NCBI GenBank assembly: GCA_963730485.1
Contig: CAVSRY010000011.1
Coordinates: 47,059 to 111,058, forward strand
Reading direction: 5' to 3'
Length of the DNA stretch: 64,000 bases
DNA from: an uncultured Acidobacteriota bacterium
Lineage (GTDB): Bacteria; Acidobacteriota; Vicinamibacteria; Vicinamibacterales; SCN-69-37
The translations under genes and the position numbers were made by a program. Positions 1 to 9,841 of the stretch are shown one piece after another. The notes under the pieces were generated by a model. It had not been told where the DNA came from. It ran no database searches and was given only the letters and a program-made list of their open reading frames with translations. Positions within the stretch are counted from its first letter, which is position 1; every line of letters begins with the position of its first letter.

Positions 1-1131
1 TGTTTCGGCCGCGTCGTCACGATGGATTCGCCACGCGCTCGTCCGCCAGGCGACTTCAGCTGGCAGGGCACGTTGTGGCACGAGCTCGCGCACGTCTTCT
101 CGCTGCAGTTGTCCGACTACCGCGTGCCGCGCTGGCTGACCGAGGGCATCTCGGTCTACGAGGAGCATCGGCGCGATCCCGCGTGGGGACGTGAGCTGAC
201 GCTCGAGTTCGCGCATCTTCTCGGCAAGGGACAGACGTTCGGCGTGAAAAAGCTGCCGGACGCATTCAAGCGGCCCGAGACGCTGTCGCTCGCGTACTTC
301 GAGGCGTCGCTGGTCGTCGAGCACCTGGTGTCGGTCAATGGTGACGCCGCGGTGCAAACCCTTCTGAAGGCCTACGCGGAAGGCGCGAAGGACGCCGAGG
401 CGTTCGCCAAGGCGTTCGGACGTAGCGTGGACGACGTGGACAAGTCGTTCGCGGCGTTCATTGAACAGCGGTACGCGGGACTTCGTGCCGCCATGGCCGA
501 TCCGCCGCGGCAGGTGGATGCGGCGGATCTCGCGGGTCTTCGCGCTCGAGCGGGCGAGGCCCCGGGCAACTTTCTCAGTCAGCTCGCGCTCGGGCGCGCG
601 CTCGTGCGAGCCGGCGATCTCTCGGGTGCGCGCGAACCGCTCGAGCGAGCGGCGAAGCTCGCACCCGAGGCATCGGGCGACGACAGCCCGCGCGCGCTTC
701 TCGCCGCAATGGATGAGAAGACCGATCCGGCGCGCGCTCGACGATGGCTGCGCGAGCTCCTCACGTACGACCACACGAACATCGCCGCCGCCCGGCGCCT
801 GGCGACGCTGGCCCAGGCCGCCAAGGCCACCGATGACGAGGATTTCGCGCTCCGGCTGATCGCGGCGCTCGATCCGTTCGACGGCGCCACCCACGCGCGG
901 CTGGGCAGCCGGCTCCTCGCGAAGGGCGAGACGGCGGCAGCGCTGCTCGAGTTCCAGGCCACGGTGGCGCTCGGGCCGGCGAATCCTGCCGAAGCCCACA
1001 GTGACGTCGCCGAAGCGTTGTTGAAGCTCGGCCGCCGCGAAGAGGCTCGCCGTTCCGCGCTGCTCGCGCTCAAGGTCGCGCCGACCTACGCGCGAGCACA
1101 GGACATCCTGATCGCGGCGTCAGGGAACTGA
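1..1131 (+). CDS. TPR-repeat protein with HExxH (peptidase MA-like) motif; 5' end lies outside the window
   Basis: The frame is open back to base 1. WHELAHVF (HExxH) sits near the visible N-terminus. The C-terminal half has A/L/R-rich TPR-like repeats (AEAHSDVAEALLKLGRREEARR). Confidence 0.55.
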   Translation, partial: CFGRVVTMDSPRARPPGDFSWQGTLWHELAHVFSLQLSDYRVPRWLTEGISVYEEHRRDPAWGRELTLEFAHLLGKGQTFGVKKLPDAFKRPETLSLAYFEASLVVEHLVSVNGDAAVQTLLKAYAEGAKDAEAFAKAFGRSVDDVDKSFAAFIEQRYAGLRAAMADPPRQVDAADLAGLRARAGEAPGNFLSQLALGRALVRAGDLSGAREPLERAAKLAPEASGDDSPRALLAAMDEKTDPARARRWLRELLTYDHTNIAAARRLATLAQAAKATDDEDFALRLIAALDPFDGATHARLGSRLLAKGETAAALLEFQATVALGPANPAEAHSDVAEALLKLGRREEARRSALLALKVAPTYARAQDILIAASGN

Positions 1132-1132
1132 G

Positions 1133-2130
1133 TTGCACATGCGTTCCACGACGACGATCACCCGGTTCGTTGCCGCGCTCTGCTGGCGCTCGCGTCGGCG
1201 TTACTGCCGTCCATGGCGTCGGCACAGGGCGCACGCTACGCGATGCTGGTTCAGGGCGCCTCGGGTGAGGACCAGTACGCCGTCCAGCATCGTCGCTGGG
1301 TGGACTCGCTTGCGAAGGTCTTCCGCGATCGGTTCAAGTACGACGCGTCGCACCTCATCGTGCTCACCGAAAAGCCGGGCGCCGGCGAGGAGCGCGCGGA
1401 CGCCGCGACCGTGCGGGCGGCGCTCGCGCGCCTCAGCAAGTCCATGACGGCGTCCGACCAGCTCGTGATCGTCCTGATCGGACACGGCAGCGGGCAGGGG
1501 AGCGACCTCAAGTTCAATCTCATGGGGCCCGACCTGAGCGTGGCGGAGTGGGCGACGGCGCTCACGTCCGTGCCGGGCCGCATCGCGGTCGTCAACACGG
1601 CGAGCGCGAGTTTTCCGTTCATCGGCGCGTTGGCCGGACCCGGCCGCGTCATCATCACGGCCACGAACACGACGTCTCAGCGCTACCACACCGTCTTTCC
1701 TGAGGGTTTTGTGGAGGCCTTGTCGTCGGACGCGGCGGACGTGGACAAGAACTCGCGCATCTCACTGCTCGAGGCGTTCACCTACGCCACCCGGCTCGTC
1801 GCGCAGCACTACGAGCGCGCCGGCACGATGGCCACCGAAACCGCGGCGATCGACGACGATGGCGACGGCAAGCCCCGGACAGGACCCGCCACCGGACCGG
1901 ACGGCAACGTCGCGGCGCTGACCTACCTCGATTCAGCGGTCGCGGCGACCTCCACCGATCCCGAAATGCAGAAGCTTCTCGTCAGGCAGCAGGCGCTCAC
2001 CGAGCAGGTCGACGACCTTCGCCGCCGGCAGGGATCGATGCCCGCAGCGCAATACGAGAGCGAGCTGGAGAAGCTGCTCACGGAGCTGGCGGTCGTGTCG
2101 CGAGACATACGACTAAAAAGTTCGAAGTGA
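1133..2130 (+). pseudogene. secreted clan-CD (C13/caspase-like) fold protein, frame-disrupted in the signal peptide
   Basis: The signal-like N-terminus is split over two frames (MRSTTTITRFVAAL then LLALASALLPSMASAQG, shift near 1178). LVIVLIGHGSG is a His-Gly motif. AVVNTASASF lies where clan-CD enzymes carry the catalytic Cys. The tail is coiled-coil-like. Confidence 0.35.
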
Positions 2131-2180
2131 GAAGTCAGAAGTCCATTTTCTTCTCACGAGACTTCGAACTTCGAAACTTC
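2120..2180. repeat. heptad-periodic inverted array (GAAGTSA / TSACTTC family) at a convergent gene junction
   Basis: Left arm gttcgaa|gtgagaa|gtcagaa, loop cattt, right arm ttcttct|cacgaga|cttcgaa|cttcgaa. Pairing is imperfect. Confidence 0.7.
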
Positions 2181-2853
2181 CGGCGAAGCCGGCTAAGCTC
2201 CCCACCACTCGACACGCTGCCGTTCCCGTCGTCTGGCAATCGAACGGCCAGCATTCCTGCCACGGCGCCGCCGACGTACGGCCAGAACGACGGCCGAGTC
2301 CTCGCAAGGGCACGTCGAGCCGGCCGAGCCGCCGAGCATCTGAAGCGCGAACCATGCCGCGGCGAGGAGTACGGCGGGAAGCTCGATGGCGTCGAGAATC
2401 GACCGCGCGGGCACGAGCACGAGCACGCGCGACCGCGGGAACATCACGAAGTACGCGCCCATGAGCGCCCGCGATGGCGCCGCCCGCGCCAGCGAGCGGC
2501 ACGCTCGACGCCGGCGTCGCCCAGAGCGACGCGGCCCACGCGGCATAGCCGGACAGAAGATACAGCGCGAGGAAACGGCCGTGGCCGAGCTGGTCCTCGA
2601 CGTTGTCACCGAAAATCCACAGGACGATGATGTTGAGCGCGAGGTGCACGCTGTTCTCGTGAAGGAACAGCGAGGTGGTCGCCGTTGTCCAGGATGCTTC
2701 GACAGGGACGAACGCGAAGCGCTGCGTCCAGACGTACGCGTCCGCCGCCGGCAGTGACAACGCGTACAGGAACGCGAGCACATTCGCCGCGATCAGCGCG
2801 ACCGTCATCCACGGCGTCGTGCGGGACGGGATGACGTCGGCAACGGGAAACAT
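2135..2853 (-). pseudogene. rhomboid family intramembrane serine protease, frame-disrupted
   Basis: HENSVHLALNIIVLWIFG and GAGGAIAG/MGAYFVMFP rhomboid motifs with multiple TM segments. The reading path uses all three minus frames (shifts near 2460 and 2290). Confidence 0.7.
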
Positions 2854-2879
2854 GACCGCCGTGGCAGTATACGTGGCGT

Positions 2880-2955
2880 GGGTTTTGGGACTTGGGTCTT
2901 GAGTCTTGGGGCTTGGGTCGTGTCTCAAGCCTCAAGCCTCAAGCCAAGCTCTTGA
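2880..2955. repeat. heptad-periodic inverted array (GGGNCTT / CTCAAGC) in a divergent intergenic region
   Basis: gggtttt|gggactt|gggtctt|gagtctt|ggggctt|gggtc, spacer gtgt, then ctcaagc x3. Confidence 0.75.
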
Positions 2956-2973
2956 TAGTCTGAGATGCGCTAA

Positions 2974-3247
2974 ATGGTTTGCAATGCGTGCGGCGCGACG
3001 ATCGCCGAGAAAGCCATCGTCTGTTACCGCTGCGGCGCTCCGACGGCGGCGCCGGCAGCCCGTTCGGCGTCTCCAGCCGGACGCCGCGTGCGGCCGGCCA
3101 CGATCGCGTCGGGCGTGCTGGCCGTCGCGCTTGGCGCGTTGACGCTGGTGGTGCCGGACGACTCGACCAGCTCAGCTGGCGGCGGGCGCGGGAGCGATCC
3201 GCGCCGCGTTGAGCACCGCGTGGTTCTGGCTGAGGCGGTCGCGCTAG
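2974..3247 (+). pseudogene. small zinc-ribbon membrane protein; C-terminus uncertain
   Basis: CNACGATIAEKAIVCYRCG zinc ribbon followed by a hydrophobic segment. A shift near 3165 is probable. The candidate stop lies in the palindrome GCGCTAGCGC, shared with the convergent gene. Confidence 0.35.
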
Positions 3248-3734
3248 CGCGGAATCAGGTCGTCGGACTTGAACTGCGCGCGAAGGATGTTGGACACGAT
3301 ACCGCGCGGCGTGTGCTGAATGTTCTTGGCGTCGAACTCCACGCCGAGGTGATCGAGCTTCGAGACGACGATGGGATAGCGGGTCGAGGGCCTCGTCGCC
3401 GGATGTGTGCGGATCCTGCTTTCTTGGAGCTCACCTCAATCTGGTGGCTGCGCAGGTTGCTGGTGACGACCACCGTCAGCTGTGCACTCAGGCCCTGCGG
3501 CGGCGATGGAAAAGCTGTCGTCCTGCGACCGGAATGTCACGTCCCCAATCGTCGCCCCGAGCTTCGCGTTGAGCTCCTCCGCCTGGGTCTTGGCCTCCTC
3601 GACCAGTGGCTGAAGAAGTCGGGCCCGCGCTCGGTGATGAGCCGGTCACTCAGAAGGGCATGGGCCCTGGCGGTGTTCGCCTGGCGTTGTTCGTCGCTCA
3701 GCTTGCTCACGAAATCGTCTACCCAGTCGGTCAT
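3244..3734 (-). pseudogene. hypothetical protein, reconstructed across about 3 frame shifts
   Basis: Fragments read MTDWVDDFVSKLSDEQRQ..., then LVEEAKTQAEELNAKLGATIGDVTF..., then ...IVVSKLDHLGVEFDAKNIQHTPRGIVSNILRAQFKSDDLIPR. I recognise no family. Confidence 0.3.
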
Positions 3735-3749
3735 GGTGGACGAAGTATA

Positions 3750-3883
3750 GGCTCAAGGCTTAGGGCTCAAGGCTCAGGGCCTGGCACGGCTCAGCTGTCG
3801 CGGCACTGGCCTGGGGCTGGCCCCAAGCCCTAAGCCGTGAGCCCTGAGCCCTCGGCTCGGCTCGGAGCCTCACGCCCGAGCCG
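3750..3883. repeat. heptad-periodic inverted array (GGCTYAR / YTRAGCC) in a divergent intergenic region
   Basis: Left arm ggctcaaggcttagggctcaaggctcaggg, spacer of about 36 nt, right arm ccccaagccctaagccgtgagccctgagccctcggctcgg. Confidence 0.7.
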
Positions 3884-3907
3884 TGTTGTAGACTGACCCG
3901 CTGAACG

Positions 3908-5530
3908 ATGGCGCATCCTCGACTTCAGATCAGCGACACGCTCGGCGACCGGGACGTCACGATCGAGCACTTCCCGTTTTCGATCGGCCGGCGCGAAACC
4001 AACGACCTCAAGCTGCCGGGGAGCGAAGTCTCGCGCGAACACGCCGAGATCGTCTCCGACGGCCAGCAGATCAGCATTCGCGACCGCGACTCGCGGTACG
4101 GCACGTACGTCAACGGCGAGAAGGTCACGGCGGAATGCGTGCTGCGCTCGGGCGACAAGATCCGGCTCGGCCGGGGCGGCGGCGCGGATCTCGTCTTTCT
4201 GTCGGCGGACGCGGCGGCGCAGACCTCGACGCGGTCGACGACCGCGGCGCGCGACGACCTGCGGCAGATCACGTCGCTGCTCGAGGGCTTCCGCGCCCTG
4301 GGCTCAGGCCGCGTGCTGCAGGAAGTGCTGGCGCTGGTGCTCGACGCGGCGATCGATCTGTCCGACGCCGAACGCGCGTTCATCATGCTGTCGGGCACCG
4401 ACAACGTGCTCGAGTTCAAGCTCGCTCGCGGCCGCGACAAGCAGACGTTGACCGACAGCACGTTCGCGGTGAGCCGCAAGGTGCCGGAAGAGGTGTTCCG
4501 GACCGGCAAGGCCAAGGTCGTGGCCGACCTGTTCGACACGGGCACGGCGAACGTTCACGCCGGCACGGTCGCGCTCGGGATCCGCCACGTCGTCTGCATC
4601 CCGTTGCACTTCGTGCAGTACGTGGAGACAGCGGACGCGAAAAGCGAGGACCGTCGCATCGGCGTCCTGTACCTCGACAGCCGCGAACGCGGGACGCTGC
4701 TCTCCGAGAACACGCGCGGGGCGCTCGAGACCCTCGCGGCCGAAGCGTCGGTCGCCATCGAGAACGCCCGCCTCTATCGCGAGAAGCTCGAGAAGGCCCG
4801 GCTCGAACAGGAGATGCGGATCGCGGCCGAGATCCAGCAGGCGCTCTTGCCAAAGCCGCGAGCGAGCATGGGCTTCGTCGAGGCGGCGGCCGCGAGCGTG
4901 CCGTGCCGATCGATCGGCGGCGACTTCTTCGACTACATCGATCAGGTCGGCACGTCGTTCGGCTTCACGCTCGGCGACGTCGCGGGGAAAGGACCGCCCG
5001 CGGCCCTCATGAGCGCGATGATGCAGGGCATGTTCGCGGCCCAGGCGCCCGGATCCGAAGGGCCGGCGTCGGCGATCACCCGGTTCAACAAGGCGCTGTG
5101 CCGCCGCGGGATCGAAGCCAGGTTCGTCACGCTGCTCTTCGGCGTGCTCACGGCCGAGGGCAAGCTCACGTACTGCAACGCGGGCCACAACCCGCCCATC
5201 GTCCTCGGCAAGAAGGGGCTCCGACGGCTCGAAGCGGGCGGACCTGTCGTCGGCCTGCTCGAGGCGGCGCCCTACTCGCAGGCCACCGAGCAGCTCGACG
5301 CCGGCGACGTCATCGTGCTCTTCAGTGACGGCGTGTCCGAGGCATTCAGCGTCACCGGCGAAGACTTTGGCGAAGGACGGCTGCTCGACGTGGCCCGGGG
5401 CGCGTCAGGCGTTTCGTCGCAGGCGCTGGTCGAGCAGATCGTCGCGGCCGTCCGCGCGTTCACCAAAGGCGCGGCGCAGAGCGACGACATCACCGTGATG
5501 GTGATTCGCTACCTCGGTACCGGCGCCTGA
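3908..5530 (+). CDS. FHA - GAF - PP2C/SpoIIE serine phosphatase
   Basis: Uninterrupted 540-aa ORF. N-terminal FHA-like segment (FSIGRRETNDLKL..SREHAEI..YGTYVNG), central GAF-like region, and C-terminal GGDFFDY..GDVAGKG..FSDG..DDITV. Confidence 0.85.
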   Translation: MAHPRLQISDTLGDRDVTIEHFPFSIGRRETNDLKLPGSEVSREHAEIVSDGQQISIRDRDSRYGTYVNGEKVTAECVLRSGDKIRLGRGGGADLVFLSADAAAQTSTRSTTAARDDLRQITSLLEGFRALGSGRVLQEVLALVLDAAIDLSDAERAFIMLSGTDNVLEFKLARGRDKQTLTDSTFAVSRKVPEEVFRTGKAKVVADLFDTGTANVHAGTVALGIRHVVCIPLHFVQYVETADAKSEDRRIGVLYLDSRERGTLLSENTRGALETLAAEASVAIENARLYREKLEKARLEQEMRIAAEIQQALLPKPRASMGFVEAAAASVPCRSIGGDFFDYIDQVGTSFGFTLGDVAGKGPPAALMSAMMQGMFAAQAPGSEGPASAITRFNKALCRRGIEARFVTLLFGVLTAEGKLTYCNAGHNPPIVLGKKGLRRLEAGGPVVGLLEAAPYSQATEQLDAGDVIVLFSDGVSEAFSVTGEDFGEGRLLDVARGASGVSSQALVEQIVAAVRAFTKGAAQSDDITVMVIRYLGTGA

Positions 5531-5531
5531 C

Positions 5532-5831
5532 GTGACCAGGCGGACGATCGCCGTTCTCTGGCTGGTCGTCGGCATCGCGCTCTGGAACGGCATCTTCGAT
5601 CTGTACGTGTCGCGCGGCGCGCGCGAATACCTGCAGCTTCGCGCCGAGTCCGAGCTGGGGCTCGTGCCGCCGCCCTCCATGGCCGTCGTCATGGCCCGGG
5701 CCGAGCGGATGGGCCTCGATCGCGGCGACGCTGTGGGCCTCGGCCGTCGTTGCCGGCGGATGGCTCACAATCGGCCTGGTCTCGCGATCGCGGTCTCGCT
5801 CAACCGTTTCCGCCACACCGACGTCTCATGA
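5532..5831 (+). CDS. small membrane protein; C-terminal frame uncertain
   Basis: GTG start one base after the upstream stop. TM segment IAVLWLVVGIALW. An alternative frame near 5700 reads as a second TM (AATLWASAVVAGGWLTIGLV). Confidence 0.3.
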   Translation: MTRRTIAVLWLVVGIALWNGIFDLYVSRGAREYLQLRAESELGLVPPPSMAVVMARAERMGLDRGDAVGLGRRCRRMAHNRPGLAIAVSLNRFRHTDVS

Positions 5832-5875
5832 TGTCGATGGCTGACTTCCTCACGCACTGCGCGTGAAATAGCGGC

Positions 5876-6020
5876 TTGCGTATTTGTCACTGGTGATTGG
5901 CTATTGGTTATTGCATTGGTAATTGGTGATTCGTTATTGAGGATTCGAACCCCCGAACGTCAATAAGCCAATCACCAATCACCAATGCAATAGCCAATAA
6001 CCAATAACAAATAGCAAATG
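5876..6020. repeat. long AT-rich heptad-periodic hairpin (ATTGGTN / NACCAAT), arms about 60 nt
   Basis: attggct|attggtt|attgcat|tggtaat|tggtgat on the left, with caataagccaatcaccaatcaccaatgcaatagccaataaccaataac as its near reverse complement. Convergent junction. Confidence 0.85.
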
Positions 6021-6021
6021 T

Positions 6022-6591
6022 CTAACTCCCGCTCTGCCAGACGCGGACGGCGTCGAGCGGGTAGAGCAGCATCAGGATGTTGAGCGTCAGGTTGTCGCGG
6101 ATGACGTAGAGCACGAACAACTCGAACGCGATGGCCGTGCACACGGTCAGCCACCACGGCGCGCGCGATGCGACGATGAACCCGACCGCCATGGCGACGA
6201 TATCCGAGAACGAGTTCAGGACACTGTCGCCGAAGTAGTCGAGCGAGATGGTCACCTCGCGATAGCGATTGATGATGAAGTCGGTGTTCTCCAGGATTTC
6301 CCATCCGGACTCGATGACGACCGCAGCGACGAGCCGCCATCCGACCGGCCATCGCCGCGCCACCAGCCAGAGCAGCGCGTAGAACGCGAACCCGTGAAGG
6401 ACGTGCGAGAACGTGTACCAGTCCGAGATGTGCTGCGAATTCTCCGAGCTGTAGGTCACACCGTGCCAGAGCTTCACGTAGCCGCACGTGCAGATCGGCA
6501 CGCGGCCCATCGCCAGCAGGATGATGACGGCGGCAACGGCAACCGCCGCGGCGACGACGACGTGTCGACGGGTGATCCCGCTGGCGGTCAT
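6022..6591 (-). CDS. DUF2585/UPF0314-like membrane protein
   Basis: [34 protein letters not shown] and about 4 TM segments. The internal start MTASGITRR overlaps the upstream stop as ATGA. Confidence 0.55.
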   Translation of the reverse strand: MTASGITRRHVVVAAAVAVAAVIILLAMGRVPICTCGYVKLWHGVTYSSENSQHISDWYTFSHVLHGFAFYALLWLVARRWPVGWRLVAAVVIESGWEILENTDFIINRYREVTISLDYFGDSVLNSFSDIVAMAVGFIVASRAPWWLTVCTAIAFELFVLYVIRDNLTLNILMLLYPLDAVRVWQSGS

Positions 6592-7492
6592 CGCGGACCG
6601 GACGTGAGCCGCTGTTCGAGATCGGGAAGTGCCGCGAGGACGACGTCGCCCACGACCTGCAGACTCGTCGCACTCACATGGTCGAGGTCGTCCTGCGCCG
6701 TGTGCCACGCCGGGTAATCCAGATCGATGATGTCCACCGACGGCACGCCGGCCTTCATGAACGGGATGTGGTCGTCATCGACCTCCGTCGTCGGCATCGA
6801 CGAACACGCCGCCGTGACCGATACGGCGCGCGGCCGCCCAGATGAGATCCGTCAACCACGGCGTCGACAGGCCGTCGCGCCGAATCGCGAGATTGCGGTC
6901 GCCGATCATGTCCACGAGCACCATCGCCCGAATCGAGACGAGCGTCTTGGCTTTCTGGGCATCCTGCACGTAGAAGCGGCTGCCGTACGTATGATCGCGT
7001 CCGCCCGTGACCCAGTCGAGCACGGCTTCCTCGCCGTCCAGCCAGATCACTTCGGTCGTGTACTCGAGCGGTCGCGATGAGAGCACCCGGGCGAGCTCAA
7101 TCAGAAACGCCGCGCTCGACCCGCCGTCGCTCGCGCCGACGAACACCTGATCGCGGAAGAGCTTCGTGTCGTAGTGGCCGGTGAACAGAATGCGGTCGGG
7201 CCGACGGCCGGGCAGACGCACGATCAGGTTCGCCATCTCGACACGCCCGAGCGGCGTGTCGGCGGTGAACGGCTGTTCCTGCACGCTGAGGCCGAGCGCG
7301 CTCAATTGGCGGGTGATGTAGGCGCGGGCCTGCCGGATCTGCGTGGAACCTGAGGGACGCGGGCCGATGGCGACGAGTGCTCTTGAGATGCTCCCACGCG
7401 CGGTCACCCTCGAACCGCGCCGCCGCTTGCTGTGCGGCAGCTCCCCACGTCGTCGTAGCGAGCGCCGCCGCAATCGTCAGGGTTTTCAGCAC
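6588..7492 (-). pseudogene. M28 family peptidase / glutaminyl-cyclase-like, frame-disrupted
   Basis: Signal peptide MLKTLTIAAALATTTWG. Motifs [36 protein letters not shown]. Shifts near 7385 and 6790. Confidence 0.65.
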
Positions 7493-7493
7493 T

Positions 7494-7532
7494 GGCCCTA
7501 AGCCTTAAGCCCTAAGCCCCAAGCCCAGAGCC
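7494..7532. repeat. single-arm heptamer array (CCTAAGC-type) filling the whole gltA / M28 gap
   Basis: cctaagc|cttaagc|cctaagc|cccaagc|ccagagc. No inverted partner is visible. Confidence 0.7.
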
Positions 7533-8810
7533 TCACGCCTTCGAGTAGTTCCGTCGCGGCGGCCCGATGTAGATCTGACGGGGCCGCGCGATCTTCTGAT
7601 CGCTGTCGCGCATCATCTCGTCCCACTGCGCGAGCCAGCCGACCGTGCGGGGAATCGCGAAGAGCACCGGGAACATGCCGACAGGGAAGCCCATGGCCTG
7701 GTAGATCAGCCCGGAATAGAAGTCGACGTTCGGGTAGAGCTTGCGGCTGACGAAGTATTCGTCCTGCAGCGCGATGCGCTCGAGCTCGATCGCGATCTCG
7801 AGCAGCGGGTTGCGGCCGGTGACTTCGAAGACCTCGTCGGCCGTCTGCTTGATGATGCGCGCGCGCGGGTCGTACGACTTGTACACCCGATGGCCGAATC
7901 CCATCAGCCGGCGGCCATCGCCGCGTTTGACCCCGGCGATGAATGCCGGCACGTTCTTGACCGATCCGATCTCCTCGAGCATCAGGAGCACGGCCTCGTT
8001 CGCGCCGCCGTGCAGCGGGCCGTAGAGCGCCGCCGCCGCGCCTGCGAGCGCGGAGAAAGGATCGGCCTGCGAGCTGCCAATGCCACGCATGGCGTGCGTG
8101 CTGCAGTTCTGCTCGTGATCGGCGTGCAGGATGAAGAGCACCTCGAGCGCGCGTTCCAGCACGGGCTGCTGCTTGAACGGCGCGTCACCCTTTCTGAAGA
8201 GCATTTGCAGAAAGTTCGCCATGTACCCGAGATCGTCCTCGGGTTCGACATACGGCAGACCCAGGCTGTGGCGATAGACGTGCGCGCCGATGCTCGGGGC
8301 TTTCGCGATGAGCCGTCGAATCTGTTTGCTGCGCGACTCCGGATCCAGCACCTGCTTCGCGTCCGGGTAGTCGGTCGACAACGCGCCGACCGTCGAAAGG
8401 AACACGCCCATCGCGTGGGCGTCGCGGTAGAAGCCCTCGAGGATGGCCTTGACGTTGATCGGCAGCCGGCGATGACTCGTGATTGCCTGCGTCCAGGTCG
8501 CGCTCTGTTCCGCGGTCGGCAACTCGCCAAAGAGCAGAAGGTAGGCCGTGTCGAGAAACGTGCAGTTCGCCGCGAGTTGATCGATGGGGTAGCCGCGATA
8601 CTCCAGGATCCCTTTGTCGCCGTCGATGAAGGTGATCCGGCTCCGGCAGGACGCGGTGTTCTGAAATGCCGGATCGTAGGTCATTAACCCGAAATCATCG
8701 TCTGATTGGCGAATCTTCCGAAGGTCCATGGCGCGAATGGCGCCGTTCTCGATGGGAATCTCGTACTGCTTCCCGGTGCGGTTGTCGGTCACTGTCAGGG
8801 TGTCGGCCAT
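7533..8810 (-). CDS. gltA: citrate synthase
   Basis: Uninterrupted 425-aa ORF with GFGHRVYKSYDPRA and the HADHEQN region typical of type II citrate synthase. Confidence 0.95.
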   Translation of the reverse strand: MADTLTVTDNRTGKQYEIPIENGAIRAMDLRKIRQSDDDFGLMTYDPAFQNTASCRSRITFIDGDKGILEYRGYPIDQLAANCTFLDTAYLLLFGELPTAEQSATWTQAITSHRRLPINVKAILEGFYRDAHAMGVFLSTVGALSTDYPDAKQVLDPESRSKQIRRLIAKAPSIGAHVYRHSLGLPYVEPEDDLGYMANFLQMLFRKGDAPFKQQPVLERALEVLFILHADHEQNCSTHAMRGIGSSQADPFSALAGAAAALYGPLHGGANEAVLLMLEEIGSVKNVPAFIAGVKRGDGRRLMGFGHRVYKSYDPRARIIKQTADEVFEVTGRNPLLEIAIELERIALQDEYFVSRKLYPNVDFYSGLIYQAMGFPVGMFPVLFAIPRTVGWLAQWDEMMRDSDQKIARPRQIYIGPPRRNYSKA

Positions 8811-8834
8811 GGCGCGGTCTGGTTTCTCGTGTCG

Positions 8835-9050
8835 CTACGCTTCGGGGTCCCCGGTCGACACCCCCGGATCCTCCGGTAGCGTGTCGTCGTCGCCCTGCCC
8901 GTCCGGATCGTTCTCCCGAACGGGCACGCGGTAGGTGCCGGACAGCCAGCGGCCGAGGTCCGCCATCTTGCAGCGCTCGCTGCAGAACGGCCTCCAGGCA
9001 ACCTCCGCGGGCCGCTGGCGACAATACACGCACAGCGGAGCATCCGACAT
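8835..9050 (-). CDS. yacG: DNA gyrase inhibitor YacG-like zinc finger protein
   Basis: [36 protein letters not shown]. The upstream part of the 102-aa ORF is translation of the repeat array. Confidence 0.7.
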   Translation of the reverse strand: MSDAPLCVYCRQRPAEVAWRPFCSERCKMADLGRWLSGTYRVPVRENDPDGQGDDDTLPEDPGVSTGDPEA

Positions 9051-9086
9051 CGACCAATTGTACCTGTACCGGCGAACCGGTAGATC

Positions 9087-9153
9087 GGGTCTTGGGTCTT
9101 GAGTCTTGGGTCTTGGCGGCTGAGCCCAAGCCGCAGGACCCAAGTCCCAAGCC
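9087..9153. repeat. heptad-periodic inverted array (GGGTCTT / CCCAAGN) directly after the phoU stop
   Basis: gggtctt|gggtctt|gagtctt|gggtctt, spacer cggctga, then gcccaag|ccgcagg|acccaag|tcccaag. Confidence 0.8.
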
Positions 9154-9830
9154 TACTTATCGTCCTGGTGGTGTCGGACGTCGCGCGCGGACACCATGAA
9201 GATGACGTCCTCGGCGACGTTGGTCGCGTGGTCGCCGATCCGTTCGAGATGGCGCGAGATCAGGATCAGGTCGAGTCCCGGCTCGATCGTGCCGGGATCG
9301 CGAAGCATGTGGGTGAGGAGCTCGCGGAAGACCATGGTCTTCAGCGTGTCCAGCTTGTCGTCGGCGTCGAGCACCGATTGGGCGAGCGCGATGTCACGGC
9401 GCACGAAGGCATCCAGGGCGTCGCGGAGCATGTCCTGCGCGATGACCGCCATCCGCGGGATATCGATGAGCTCCTTGACCGGCGGGTGCAGGAGGTAGCG
9501 GGCGACGGCTTCGGCGATGTTGATGGCGAGGTCGCCGACGCGCTCGAGGTCGGTGTTGATCTTGACCGCGGCCACGATCGCGCGCAGGTCCACGGCCATC
9601 GGCTGATGCAGCGCCAGGAGCGTGAAGCAGCGGTGGTCGATTTCGATGTGCAGCAGGTTGATGTCGTGGTCGCTGACGAGCACGCGCTCGACAATGGCGG
9701 GATCCCGATCGACGAGTGCGCGCACGGCCAGCCGCACACGGTCTTCGGCGAGGCCGCCCATCTCGAGCAGTCGTGTCTTGAGCGACTCGAGCTCGTCCTG
9801 AAAGTGCCTGACGTGACGTTCCGTATCCAT
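9153..9830 (-). CDS. phoU: phosphate signalling complex protein PhoU
   Basis: Uninterrupted 225-aa ORF with two PhoU repeats (ERIGDHATNVAE, ERVGDLAINIAE). Confidence 0.9.
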   Translation of the reverse strand: MDTERHVRHFQDELESLKTRLLEMGGLAEDRVRLAVRALVDRDPAIVERVLVSDHDINLLHIEIDHRCFTLLALHQPMAVDLRAIVAAVKINTDLERVGDLAINIAEAVARYLLHPPVKELIDIPRMAVIAQDMLRDALDAFVRRDIALAQSVLDADDKLDTLKTMVFRELLTHMLRDPGTIEPGLDLILISRHLERIGDHATNVAEDVIFMVSARDVRHHQDDK

Positions 9831-9841
9831 GTCGCGAATCC

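Noticed and set aside
5941-5961. tRNA fragment or integration-site remnant (GGGGGTTCGAATCC on the minus strand)
   Set aside because: Only a T-loop-like string with a 4-bp stem is present. There is no acceptor, anticodon or D arm around it, and no integrase nearby.
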